Shown piece after piece: positions 1 to 12,204 of a stretch of 64,000 nt of DNA (the first letter of the stretch is position 1; each line of letters opens with the position of its first letter). The stretch lies in contig CATNEN010000035.1 in assembly GCA_950097015.1 (NCBI GenBank), positions 868,001-932,000 on the forward strand. The letters run 5' to 3'. The DNA comes from Macrostomum hystrix (Eukaryota > Animalia > Platyhelminthes). The position numbers and the translations under genes were made by a program. The notes under the pieces were generated by a model. The model ran no database searches, had not been told where the DNA came from, and saw nothing but the letters and a program-made list of their open reading frames with translations.

Positions 1-4
1 GTCT

Positions 5-288
5 GAATCATGGCTAAACCATCGTTTGAATCATGGCTAAACCATCGTTTGAATCATGGCTAAACCAGAGTTTGAATCATGGCTAAACCAGAGTTTGAAT
101 CATGGCTAAACCAGAGTTTGAATCATGGCTAAACCAGAGTTTGAATCATGGCTAAACCAGAGTTTGAATCATGGCTAAACCAGAGTTTAAAATCATGGCT
201 AAACCAGAGTTTGAATCATGGCTAAACCAGAGTCTTAATCATGGCTAAACCAGATCTTGAATCATGGCTAAACCATCGTTTGAATCAA
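5..288. repeat. 23-bp tandem repeat (GAATCATGGCTAAACCAGAGTTT), about 12 copies, probably extending left of the window
   Basis: Period of 23 read directly (units start at 5, 28, 51, 74...). Variants ATCGTTT/AGAGTTT; no unique spacers. Confidence 0.95.
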
Positions 289-495
289 CGGCAAAAGCAA
301 CACGAAACACTTTTTTATCCAGTAAACATAATTCTTTATTTATTCTTTTTTTGTATATTCTTTATATTTAAAGAACGAAGTCAATCGCACGAAACTAACA
401 AGGCAACACAGCCGTGTGCAAACCGAGCGAGCTGACCTCCGTGACCGCCTGGCGTCATATATAGACTTTATATTTAAAGTCTTTCTTTATTTGCG

Positions 496-529
496 CTGCT
501 GCTGCTGTTGCTGCTGCTGCTGTTGCTGT

Positions 530-571
<42 letters not shown>

Positions 572-606
572 TGCTGCTGTTGTTGTTGTTGTTGTTGTTG
601 TTGTTG
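496..606 (-). repeat. (CAA)n/(CAG)n microsatellite: LINE 3' tail merging into a host polyQ-coding tract
   Basis: On the minus strand a pure CAA run follows the LINE 3' UTR, then mixed CAG/CAA ending CAG CGC AAA TAA. Confidence 0.9.
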
Positions 607-2070
607 GGGCAAGAGGCGCCGAGTGAGCTACCAGCTCCGTCTCGCCAGCGCCACCGACCTAGCGGGGTCGGACGTCAGCACATTAAGATTGAGGTCATCA
701 CTGTCGAAAGTAGCCAGTCTCTCCCTGCGGAGGGCCGGGCATTGAAGCCAGTGTTCCACGTCTTCCGGGGCCATACCGCAACGGAGGCAGGTGGGGTCGG
801 CGTGCGGGTTGATAACGCTGCTATAGGCCCGCAGAAGGCTACAGTGGCCCGAACGCAGCCTGGCCAGGAGCACCGCGTCCTGACGGGTGCGAATCTCAGC
901 CCTGTCCCGCTGGCGGTCCAGGGCGCCGTAGACGGCAGCTGTCCGGGCATGTCTGATGGGCGGGTCTGCAATGTGACGTCGGGCGGCCGCCAGCGCACTC
1001 CACATCGAAATTGGCGCGCTGGAGTTGTCGGCAGGAGCAGCAGCCGCCTGCTTGGCCGCCTCATCGGCTAGCTCGTTACCAGCCAGCCCGCAGTGCCCCG
1101 GAACCCACTGAAGCATGAGAGCGGCCGCTGGAGTGCGAAGATCCGGGAGGGCGCTGCGCGCTGGGGCTTTTCCAGCCAGGGCCGACAGCAGAGATCTGCT
1201 GTCGCTGCAGATGACGACACGTCCTGCAATTTCGTGCCGTCGGATCCAGGTGGTAGCCAAACTGAGCGCGCGGCACTCTTCATCATACGAGCAGGTGATG
1301 CGACTGCCCTTGGCCATGATGGTGTCCAGCACCTCAGGTGCGGCCGGGTCACCGCGGGTGACGACGGCAGCGGCGCCACCGTCGGAGCAGCCGCCTAGGG
1401 CCGACCCATCAGTGTAAATGACCAGGTCGGCCTCATAGCGGCGGATGGCCGCCTCAGCGCAGAGCCGTCCCGACATGTCGTCTTGGCTTGTGTCGACATC
1501 TACCGCCCCGACGAGATCACAGGTCACGTTGAGGCCCGCAGCTCGAGGCACCCACGGGCAACTGGGCAGGTGGGGTAGCATCTCGCGATGATCCAAATCG
1601 TCTGGGAGCTTGGCTAGCAGTTCAACGGCCCTTTTACGCCAGCTTCCCCTAGCAGTGCGATGCGCGACGACAGGCACGGCAGCCATACGCCGCGGGTGGT
1701 CAGCTGGCAGACGCAGAGCTTTCTCGTATGCGGCAAGGCAAAGCTGGTCCCTGGTGGTGGCAACGGTACAAATTCCTGCCTCGAGGTGAAGGGCCTCAGT
1801 AGGCGTGGAACGCAGCTGTCCGGTGACAATGCGGAGCGCGTTGTTCTGCGCACGTTGCAGCCGCGCAACCGCGGAGTCGGCCAACCAGGGTTGCCAGGCC
1901 GGAGCAGCGTAGTGGAGCACGCTCATCTGGAGTGCCTTGAAGGTCCGGAGGAGGCTCTCTTTAGGCCAGCCCCACGCCCTCGCAGACAGACACGCCAGGA
2001 TACGGCACCGTTTGCCGATCGCGCGGCAGACCTCGTCCACCTGCTTCCGGAAGGCCAGAGAGCGATCAAG
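606..2070 (-). mobile_element. 5'-truncated non-LTR retrotransposon, I-group (Ingi/Nimb-like): RT thumb/connection, RNase H and C-terminal CCHC-type motif
   Basis: ORF 628-2178 has RT-thumb motifs (LSARAWGW..., HYAAPAW), RNase H catalytic residues (IYTDGS, DEE, CSDS, NELAD) and ARLRSGH...CLRC...EHWLQC. It has a short 3' UTR and a (CAA)n tail. Confidence 0.9.
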
Positions 2071-2323
2071 TTGCTGCTGCTGCTGCTGCTGCCGCATCTT
2101 GGCGAGGTCCGGACAACGTGCCACTGTGTGGCCTCCCCCGCAAAGATAACAGGCCACTGTTAAGTTTGGAAAGTGCAATTTTACTCAACAGGGGGTTTCG
2201 AAAGACGTAATTACAATATAATGAGACTTAGAAATGAGACTTACAAGTTTTTCGCTGGCCACCACCACGGCCTCCCCGCCGCCTGCCGCCGCCCCCGCCG
2301 TAGAAGTTTTGCGTGAACTTCAT
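2071..2323 (-). CDS. Small spliced RGG + CCHC zinc-knuckle + polyQ ORF (exon 1 2323-2245, intron 2244-2157, exon 2 from 2156), interrupted by the LINE
   Basis: ATG at 2323, GTAAGT donor at 2244 and AACAG acceptor at 2157. Splicing gives MKFTQNFYGGGGGRRRGGRGGGQRKTLACYLCGGGHTVARCPDLAKMRQQQQQQQ in frame. No transcript evidence. Confidence 0.6.
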
Positions 2324-2583
2324 TTTCTAAGTATCGAAACAGAGATATCGAAAGTATATCAATTATATATATATGTATATCGTATCGTATATATATCGTA
2401 TATATCTTTATGGCTTGTGGTTTGATAGTTTTAGCATCAAGGCCAATTGTGCCAGTTTATATTGCAGCATTTCGGACAACCCCAACTGTGATGACTCATG
2501 CCAATAGATGGTGCCATGTAAAGATCAATAATTAGATCTGGCTAACCAATCAGAGAGAGTTTTGTTCTAACATTTCTAATCCA

Positions 2584-2600
2584 CCCACTGGGCTACTTGT
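2584..2600 (+). repeat. Putative left terminus of a CMC/EnSpm element (CCCACTGGG..., preceded by CA)
   Basis: Resembles the CCCGCTGGG terminus at 16402, which also follows CA. No matching right end was found. Confidence 0.35.
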
Positions 2601-3163
2601 TGTGGATTGGCTGGTGATTGCCTTAGCTTTTACGTTCTTTCTTTATGTACAGTGTGGGGTGTCAGAGTCGAGTGTGGTGCGACTTGTTATGCAATCTGTT
2701 TTCGACACACTTCAATAATAGGACACAAAAACATCTTAAATGTACAGTGTAATTGGGAAGCCAGTGCGGCGTGTGGCTAACGTGGCTAAAAATAGAGGGT
2801 TTCAAGTCAGCCAATAGCAGTAAACTGTATTCAACTAAAGTGATTTCATTAAACTGCCAGTCCAAGCCCCAACCTAGTGCGACTTTTCAGTAATCACAGA
2901 CAGCTAAAGCCTCATGACGCTCACCAATGAAGCCTTACACGATTTTAACTGGGGTTGGGGGTGTGTGTCCAAATTCCGGGGCAGAGGGCTCACAATGTTT
3001 TTAAATGAATTTATAAATATATTACATCATAGCTTGTCCGAAATGCTGCTATATATACAGGCACAATTGGCCTTGATGCTAAAACTATCAAACCACAAGC
3101 CGTAAAGACCTTATCAGTGAAATTTTTATAATCCATATTTTTGACAACTATCAATCGAGCAAT

Positions 3164-4551
3164 ATGGAGTCAACCGAAGGAGCCAAGAAAAGCAAAGCGT
3201 GTATCTCTGCTCTGCTTCCGGGCCTGATGCACGCTGCAATCGTTGGCCTCGTAATGAGGCTGTCCAAAATCAAGGACTTTGAAGGCAAAAGAGGACCAGG
3301 CCAAGTGTTTTCCTTTATCCTCTGTGACGACACCGGCGATATACGTGTAAGCGTGTTCGGAAAGGATCTTAAGCCTTTCCTGGAGGTGTGTCGTGAGGGC
3401 GTCGCCGTCCGCATATCCGGCGGCTGGGTGAAGAAGGCGGATCCCAGGTACAGCACTACGGACAATGAGCACGAGCTAACAGTTTCAATTGACCAAAGTG
3501 GAACCATTGTGAGGACCCTCGAGACCGTCACTCGACGTGCACCGGGCTATAAGAAGATAAAAGAGATTTCGGACTGTGAAATGAAAATGTAAGTTAACTT
3601 GTTGCAATTGTTAAAAATAAATGGAAAGGATTTGGAATATATATTCGTACTAATTGTTAGGTTAGCCAATTATTTCTAGGAAAACTTATTTAAATCAGTC
3701 AGTGAAGTTGCTTAGTGAATGAGTTAATGCATTCTTGTAAATTCACCCTTTGCCTCACATATCTCAGGAATGTTAACGTCTATGGCACGATTTCTGCTGT
3801 CCAGAAACCAACGGAAGTTAAAACCGGTTCCGGAAAACTTGTCAACCTGGCGAAAGTGACGCTTGTTGATCAGTCTGGGTCCTCCGTGTCGTGCACATTT
3901 TGGTCCAGCTCTACTGCCCAAGTGAATGACTGGTCTGTGGGCGACGTTCTAGCGATTCATGGTGCTCAAGTCCAGGAATATTCTCAGACAATCAGTCTCG
4001 GATGTTCGAAAGCGGAAATTCAGCATTGGCCAGAAGACTCTGCTGATGTCTCCGACATTACCCAGTGGTACAAGGATGCGGTTTCTAGCCAACAGTGCTT
4101 CGAGGAGCTACGCGTGACGCAAAGCTCCCAGCGGGAGAAAAATGCTATCCGTGACGACGAAATGGTATTGCAGTACCCAGAGCGAATGTTCAACCAATTC
4201 GATGAGGTGCGAAGAATTAGAGTGCGATTTGGGGACAAAGAGGTAAGTTGATTTTATTTCGTGTGGGTTAAATAGTAACATGATGTCAGAGAACCTACTA
4301 AAGAAGCATTAAGTGATTGACTGCTTAGATTCATTATTAACTGGTTCGATGAGGCCTTTTGTCTCTAAAGATTACGTTTATGCATTTAAAAACAAAAAAA
4401 AATTAATTAGGTATATATAAATTTCCTTTCACAGGTGACTTTTTCTCGAGATCAAATCTACAGGAGTCAGCAGATACCGGCTATGTCAACCCCTAAGGCG
4501 CCCAATGTGTCCGAGAAGCCTAGACCATCACATGATTACATGGACGAGTAA
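3164..4551 (+). CDS. RPA1 (RPA70)-like ssDNA-binding protein with two OB folds; 3 exons 3164-3588, 3768-4242, 4435-4551; 338 aa
   Basis: DBD-A-like motifs (FEGKRGPGQVFSFILCDDTGDIRVSVF...KKADPRY..TDNEHELT) and DBD-B-like motifs (VNVYG...VTLVDQSGSSVSCTFW...VLAIHGAQV...QWY). GT-AG introns keep frame (425+475+117=1017 nt). Confidence 0.85.
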
Positions 4552-4784
4552 GACTTGAAAGACTAATGAAGATGCAATTAACGTGAGTATTGCTTGTGTA
4601 CATGTTTGTCTGCCAGTGTCGCATTGGTATCTGTGTTTAATAGTGATCACAAGCAGTTTCTCCTGATATGTATAAAATGGCCCGATGAGACATATCAGGC
4701 AAATCCTGCTTTATTCACCTAATAAATTCAAATTAGATGGGATCATAATGGAATTGGGATCAGGGATTAGCTGAGCAAAATGAT

Positions 4785-5030
4785 TAGCTAAATTGGGTTC
4801 ATTGCATAACAGAACTGAGATCATTGCTTAGCTAAATTGTGTTTGTGGCATAACAGAACTGAGAACATTGCTTAGCTAAATTGTGTTCATTGCATAATAG
4901 AACTGAGATCATTGCTTAGCTAAATTGGGATCTTTTGGCATAACTAAAATGGGATTATTGCATAACTAAATTGAGATCCTCGCATAACTAGATTGAGATC
5001 ATTGCATAACTAGATTGGGATCAAGGCAAA
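4785..5030. repeat. Degenerate 22-bp tandem repeat with a partial 44-bp dimer period (TCATTGCATAACAGAACTGAGA / TCATTGCTTAGCTAAATTGTGT)
   Basis: Alternating units are visible at 4798-4925. One inverted copy (GATCCCAATTTAGTTGTGCC) lies at about 5056-5075. Confidence 0.8.
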
Positions 5031-7833
5031 CCAGAATAGGATCGGATACAATCGGATCCCAATTTAGTTGTGCCATGAAAGTTAATAAGTATTAGTGAAA
5101 TTTATGTAGTTAAATATTAGGTGAATATATAGCAGGTTAGCTGCATATCAATGGGCCTTGAGATTGTGGTTGAAATAACGTGTTCGCTGCTTTTTCACGA
5201 TTCAGAGGTTCTTCCACTCTAAAACCGAGGGTATGCAGCCATGAGAGGTTTGAAGCAGCTTCAGCAAACCTAGAGACTCTTGTGATAGCTAAGCTTTTTG
5301 TGTGACGTTGAGTGCGTGAACTTAACTTGCCCCAGTGAATGCCTCTGACCAGCAGTGCAGAGTCAAGCAAGCCAACAAGCAGTAGGATTGACACCATTAT
5401 TCTTGCAGTCAAATGCAATGAACTGTGCAATGATACTGTCTTGTTGGCGGAGCCTTCTGCAAGTTCATTATGCTTACTGTTTGTGGGTAATATTTTTAGG
5501 TGCAATGCAATTTTTTCTTTTTTCATTGAATTGAATTCTCTACATTTGGAGTTTGTTTTCTTATAACGTCATAATGATATGTATTTGTATAATAATAATT
5601 TTGCCAGATGCTCACTCAATTGTTGTTGTTTTGTTGTTTGCAATGTGTTTTGCAATTAAAGAAATACAAAAAATGTTTCAGTGGACAAAGACCAGTCCCA
5701 TGATTCATGAATTTGCACACCTGGTTACCTGCCTTATTCTATTTTAAAAGATAAATTGTCAGGCATGCATTTATAATGAAGAATGATACATAATGGATTA
5801 CTAAGAAAAGAGGTCAGATGAGAAATAGGATCTGATCAGAACTGGAATCATTAAGAAAAAGAAAGGAGATTAGAAATTGATCCATTGATATTTAATTAGC
5901 CTAGCCATTGATATTAGCTAACCATTTTGAACTATCAAAATGGGATCTAATTTGAAATAGACTTTTATGTCATATAGGATTTGATTCAAAATAAGATTTG
6001 ACAATGTGAATGAGGCATATAAGAAAAGAGAAGTCTGCTGATGAGTGTGACTAGAAAAGAAAGGGGGAATTTAGCATGATAATATATATCATATATCATG
6101 CCTATATATAGCCAATGTTAGCTTTATTAAAAGTGTCAAACCAAAGGTCGAAGGATGTAGCTCCAGTTGCTTTTGCAAAGTCCATTCACAATGAGATAGC
6201 TGCATTGAACTGACTCTTTAAGTCATTTATTATAATAATAGGGGCCTCATTCAAGGGCAATAGTTGCAATGCTGAGCTACTTATTGTTCGGAACATTGCA
6301 GTCGCAGTTAGTACGATGAGCAGGGCTAAGAAATTCACTTACAAATGAAGAAAGTAAAAAATTTCTCGGGATGTGTATAAAACTGTAGTACACATGAGCA
6401 ATGCAAGCAACAAGAAAATCGGAATAAAGCAAGTCATTTCTCGGAAAGTCGAAACTTCTTGGAATAACATTTAAATTATTTTCAGTAACAACTAAAAAAG
6501 TGCTCTAAACAGTTTTATGAATAAAATAAATAAGATAATTTTTATCAAACACATTAACATATACAGAGCTTTAAACTAAAAAACTGTAAAAAGTTGATAG
6601 TTTTGTTTTACCTAAAATGCGTTATTAACGATCTCCAAAAATTCCTATTTTAAGCTTAAGCTTAAGAAAGACACTTAAAGTACTCCTGCTAAATGGTATA
6701 TATTAGACGAATACTAATTATTTCTGCTCCCCGAAGGGGGGCAAATCTTGCTAGTAAATGCACTAAAATTGTCTAAACAGCCAAACCTCCTACAATCGTC
6801 AGTGATATGAATAAGTGAGTTGAACATTGTATACAAGCATCTTTGAACCATACAAGTGTCTACATCTCTTAACAAAGATGAGGAGCAATTGAGAAGCATA
6901 AGAATTAATTATAATTCTTACCAATTCGCCACGACGGTTCTTGAGAAATAAGATATGGATTACATAGGATAAAAATAGCACAATGAAGAAGAAGGAAGTG
7001 GTTAATCAACCTTTTTCTTACATTTCTACTACAAAGCATAACGACAACACCAGAATAAAGTAAAAAGGTCCTAAACTCAGTCGCCTTCCAGAGTCGAACT
7101 TGAGAAAGTGAGCGTGGTTTGCGTGCAAATTCTGATGGCAAAAAACCTCGTAAAGAAATCAATTGATCAGACATAGTTGAAACAATGTAACTATTAAATC
7201 GAGTATGAAGTGGGCCTTTAAGCCAATAAAAAACAAGCCGACGCATAACACCTAAACAGATTAGATGCATATAATCATAAGGAAAACTAACAATCATGTC
7301 TATACCAAGCTGCTCAAATGGACTTGTACCAGTGTGGTGATCTTCATCATCTTTCCTACGAAATGACTCATTGCTACGCAGTGGACAGTCTGTTTCTTCA
7401 AAGATAACTTGACCAACATGATGACCATGACTTATCACTTATCACAAGCTGAGAAGCCATTGTGTGCTTTGATGCACTTGATAAATGCCCTTGCAGGGCG
7501 GTCTGCAATTACCTTTTCTAATACAATTCTTTCTTTGAGAATTTGAAGTTCTTCAATGATGTCTTTCAAATACTCTGCAAGAGGTGGCTTCTCTGGACCA
7601 TAGTACAAAGCAATAACAAATGGTTTGTTATTGTAAAATGATCCAAGAATAGGCCAAAATGATTGATTTGTGCTTTTGAATGCTACCATTCCATCAATGT
7701 TTAGAGACAATGCAATCATCTCAGTAGATTGATCCATGGTCTTAGGAATTTGGCATTTTATACCAAAATAAATATATTTACCATTTCCCATCTTTGTAGT
7801 TTTGACATTTCGAGGCGTTTTTAGAAGTGTCCT

Positions 7834-8032
7834 TGACAAGTTGCAGACAAGTCCTGCTTTAGAGCTGCATATGAGATGCAAGAACTTTTTATTCCATCAT
7901 ACGAACAAAGTCAGCACTTAACAAAGTCCGCCCGCGAGGGCTTGACAAGATGGGAGGGAGGGGGCTGGGGTCTGTGCCATAGACATACATGTAAACGGGG
8001 TTTGGGGCTCTGGGCTCGCTCACGGCACGTCA
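7834..8032 (-). repeat. 3' LTR (199 bp)
   Basis: Starts TGAC and ends GTCA; identical by eye to 12006-12204. Confidence 0.95.
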
Positions 8033-8222
8033 TGTCCCCTCCGTCAAAGAGTTGACATTTAGCCGTATTCCAACAGGAAGAACATTGAACAAGACTGAAT
8101 TATTGGGGAGCATAGTAGTTGAAATCAGTCCTCAAAACCTTTAGGTCGTAAACTTAGTCCGTCGTTTTTAGAGTTAATTCATGTTAACAGTTTCCACTCA
8201 GTATTACTGCTGCAGCTCTTGG

Positions 8223-11200
8223 TCATGGGGTGTAGCGGTGAGGGGGCCGTCGCGCACGGCTGCTTCTGCGGCAACCAGCGTTGGGCACCTCTGCGACCGG
8301 GTTGGCAGGTTGGGTTGTAGGGAGGTCAGGTTGGCCGTTGGCTGCGACCTCTACAACTTCGTCTTCTTCGTCGTCAGCAGCAGGCAGAGGGGCGAGCTGG
8401 TTGTTGCTAGCCAGCCTCAGCTCATTTCCATCGAGGACCCAGGAGGTGTTGTTGCCCTTGTTCATCAGGAACTCGACAGTGGAGGTTGCCGTTGCTGACG
8501 TTGGTTGGTACAGGATCCTCTGGCCCTGGTCGAAGGTGGAGACCAGGGGCACTCTAAGCTGGCGTCCAAACACGAGTTCCGCTGGGCTTTTCCCGCGGTG
8601 CTGCGACGAGTTCCTGTGGTGGAACAGCACTCTCTGCAAATAGGGAGTGAATTCTGCGTGGGTAATACGCTCAGTACCATGCGCGCAAAGCACGCTTCAC
8701 TGTCTGCACGGCCCTCTCTGCTGCTCCGTTAGCTTGCGGATAGTATGTAGGCGACTCGAGCTTTCTCACCCCGTTGAGTTTCAGCCAGGTGAGCAACGAG
8801 TGGCTAACAAACTCTGGCGCATTGTCAGACACTTGGACAGCAGTTCAGGAACACCAAAGCGTGTGAATACGGTGCGCAGGGAACGGATTACACAGTCAGT
8901 GGATCTGTCCTTGCAAGGGAACGCTTCTATCCACCCTGAGAAGGAGTCAACAATAATCAAGACGTTGCCAGCATCTTTTACGAATGCCCAGTCAATGTGA
9001 AGCTTCTGGAATGGATAATCTGTGGCTGGCCAGGTGTCTCTGGCCTTGTCGAGCTTTGGACGCAGCTTGTTGCAAGATGGGCACTGGCGGACGAATTGTT
9101 CAATGTCGGAGCGCATTCCAGGCCACCAGCAAGACAAGGCCATGATATTGAAGGTGGCGAGGTAGCCTGAATGCGTGTCGTGAGCCACGTTAAAGGCCTC
9201 TCTTCTGAGTCGAGGCGTGATGAAGACTTGGCGCCCTCTGAACAGCAGGCCATCCTCAAGTGTGAGCATCTCTGAGACATTCTGAAACAGTTTCTCAGCT
9301 TGTGAGCATCGACTCCAGTCACCAGAGCAAACGCGTTGAATGATCTTTTGGATGAAGATGTCCGCATCCATCTCAGATACGAGTCGATGACGAGCAATGA
9401 CAGGGGGCTCGAATGCCACGCAGTTGATCGCACTGGACACCTCCTTTGAATCGGTAGTTGAATCTGTGAAGCGCAAGCGAGAAAGCGCGTCGGCGTGCGG
9501 GATGTCCTTGCCTGGGATGTAGCGAATAGCGTAATCAAAGTGCATCATTGCCAGGGCCCATCGTGAGATGCGTGTGGATGTGTTGAGCGGGATGCCACCA
9601 GATGGACCCAGCAGGCGAATGAGGGGTTGGTGATCCGTCTGAATGTTGAAGTGTCGGCCAAGAAGGTAGTGCTTGAGGCGACTGACTGCCCAAAAGACTG
9701 CCAGTGCCTCCCTCTCGATGTTGAAGTAGTTTTGTTCAGCCTTTGAGAGGCTTCTGGAGATGTAAATGACCGGGTGTCCTTCTTGAGTCACTACGTCGGC
9801 GAGGGCACCCTTGGAAGCGTCAGTCGTGAGGGTGAGTTCCTTCTCTAGAGAGTAGGGCTGAACAACTGGCTGCGATGCGATTTCCTTTTTTAGGACACGA
9901 AACGCATTCTCGCAGCTCTCAGTCCAGGCAAATGGCACGTCAGAGCGCCGCAAGTCGTTGAGGGGCTTCGCCTTGCCGGAGAAGTTTGGTATCAGCCTAC
10001 CAAAGAAGTTGATGAGTCCAATGAAGTGCTCGAGTTCCTTCTTGTCACTGGGCGTGGCAATGCTGCGGATCTTCTCCACGAGCCTGTCGTCTGGCTGGAT
10101 GCCAGCAGCCGAGATCTTAAAGCCTAGGAATGAGATCTCGTCTGTCTCTTCAACGCACTTGCTCTCGTTGATTGTGACGTGCTTTTCCACAAGCCTCGTC
10201 TTCACGGCGCGGAGTCGCTTTTGCAGCGACTCTGCATTCTCGGCGAAGACCAGAACGTCGTCCTGGTAGATGAGAACACCCCTTATGTCTGACAGAATGT
10301 TCTCCATTGTCCGCTGGAAAATGAAGGATGCATTCTTCATTCCCATCTGAAGTCGCTTGACACGGAACAGTCCCTTGGACGTGTTGATGATCGACAAATC
10401 TTGTGCAGCTTCATCCAGCTCGATCTGCCAGTAGGCAGAACTCAAGTCAACCTTTGCAAACTTCTTGGCGTTCTTCAGTTTTGCCAGCAAGCACTCCACG
10501 CTGGGAATCGGATAGTCTTCCGACCTGATTTTGGCATTCACATGAACGCTATAATCAGCGCACATCCTTAGAGTGCCATCCTTCTTCCTGACCCAAACCA
10601 CAGGCGAAGCGTTGCTTACCGGTCCATCGACGGGCTCGATCACGCCCAGTTTCTGCAGTCTGTCCAATTCGGCGTTGACAGCGGGCTCGAGAGCGATCGG
10701 GACTTGGCGGGCGCGACAGAACTTTGGAGTGGCACCATCGATGAGCTCCATCTTGGCCTTGATGCCCTTGATCACTGGGAGAGTCTCCACAGGAGGGTTG
10801 GCAGTGGCAGTGGCGGCTACGTTGAATAGTTGGTCGGACTCCATCAAGTCTCGACCCAGCAGTCCAAATGACTTGGAGGCGTGGACAACGGTCAGCTCTG
10901 CGGGATGCAATCGGCCGCGGAACTCTATGGCCGTGGAAAGGGTGCCGAGCACCTTTAGTTGATGCCCGTCATAGGCATGCAAGCGACGGTGGCAAGTCTT
11001 TAGGGCTGGGCGTTTCAGCGAGTCCCAGATGCTTGTCGAGATCACGCTGACGGCAGCGCCAGTGTACAGTTGCATTGGAACGCGAATCCCACCGATGGAA
11101 ATGTTCTCCAGACTGGCCTCTACCGAGTGAATCGCGTCCGCATCGAACAGGTGCAGCACGTCGGTGTTGCCAGGCGCAGCCGAGGCATCCGACTGCGGTC

Positions 11201-12005
11201 CTTCCACGTTGTGCACTGGCTTGGATTGGGCGGAGCGGCACACGGAAGCGAAGTGGTTCAGCTTTGAGCACTTGCTGCATCGTTGGCCAAAGGCGGGGCA
11301 CTTCCCTGATGCATGGGACTTCCCACAATAGCGGCAGCTGCGATGCTGGTTCTGTCGTCTTGGATCATTATGGTGAATCTCCGAGTGCGACACGCCCGCG
11401 CCACTTGTGGTGGCCGTAGCGGGAATGCCAGATGGACTGCCGACTGCAGCTTGATTGGCAACGAAGCTCTTTACTTGCCCGATTTGACCTGTCATGTCGA
11501 CGATGTACTCGATGGAGAGCTCCTTCGCCTGCATGGCTTCAAGGACTCTCTGCTGTGTTCGTGGACAATGCAGGCCGGCCACAAGCGCGATCTTGATCAT
11601 TTCATCCTCTGGGCTCTGTGCTTGCTTCAGAGAATCGAAGTTGCAGTGACGAGCGGCCTTCCTTAGACGTATTAAGAAGTCGGGCAGGGCCTCATTCTCG
11701 TGCTGCCGTAGAGTGTAGAATTTGGTGCGCTCCGCCAGTACGATGCGTGTCTTGGGCTGAAGATATGCTTTGACAGCCTCCTCGATGGCTTGGAAAGTTT
11801 GACCATCGATCTCATTTGGCGCGAGCAGCGATGTGAGCTTCTCGAGGGTTGGCAGACCACACATTGCAATGAAATTGTCGGCGATCTCTCTTTTTCCCTC
11901 TTCGTCGGTCCATTTTTTGGCACGAGACAATGCGCGAAAGGCAGGAAGCCAAGTGAGTGCGCGTTCAGGTTCGTTCAAATCTAGAGAACCGAGATGCGAC
12001 GCCAT
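8223..12005 (-). pseudogene. Gypsy gag-pol polyprotein with an inactivated protease motif (YTG for DTG) and a frameshift in the integrase core near 8830-8836
   Basis: Reads MQLYTGAAVSV. PELL[TCCAA]VSDNAPEF resumes in another frame and continues to PQANGAAERAVQTVK and the terminal RRSSRARRPPHRY. Confidence 0.9.
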
Positions 12006-12204
12006 TGACAAGTTGCAGACAAGTCCTGCTTTAGAGCTGCATATGAGATGCAAGAACTTTTTATTCCATCATACGAACAAAGTCAGCACTTAACAAAGTC
12101 CGCCCGCGAGGGCTTGACAAGATGGGAGGGAGGGGGCTGGGGTCTGTGCCATAGACATACATGTAAACGGGGTTTGGGGCTCTGGGCTCGCTCACGGCAC
12201 GTCA
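12006..12204 (-). repeat. 5' LTR (199 bp)
   Basis: Identical by eye to 7834-8032; followed on the minus strand by the PBS. Confidence 0.95.

Larger units (their letters stand above)
7834..12204 (-). mobile_element. Ty3/Gypsy LTR retrotransposon, Mag-like, full length (4371 bp), 5-bp TSD GTCCT
   Basis: Two 199-bp TG...CA LTRs, with TSD GTCCT at 7829-7833 and 12205-12209. PBS TGGCGTCGCA overlaps the ATG; a purine-rich PPT precedes the 3' LTR. Domain order gag (double CCHC)-PR-RT (YQDD)-RH-IN. Confidence 0.97.

Noticed and set aside
416-1071. Poly-Cys and poly-Leu ORFs
   Set aside because: They are alternative frames of the CTG/TTG microsatellite and the antisense strand of the LINE.
5137-6400. 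Minus-strand ORFs as the accessory gene of the first CMC element
   Set aside because: No frame gave a convincing motif.
8978-11984. Numerous short overlapping ORFs within the Gypsy (and similar ones in other GC-rich elements)
   Set aside because: Shadow frames of the polyprotein.
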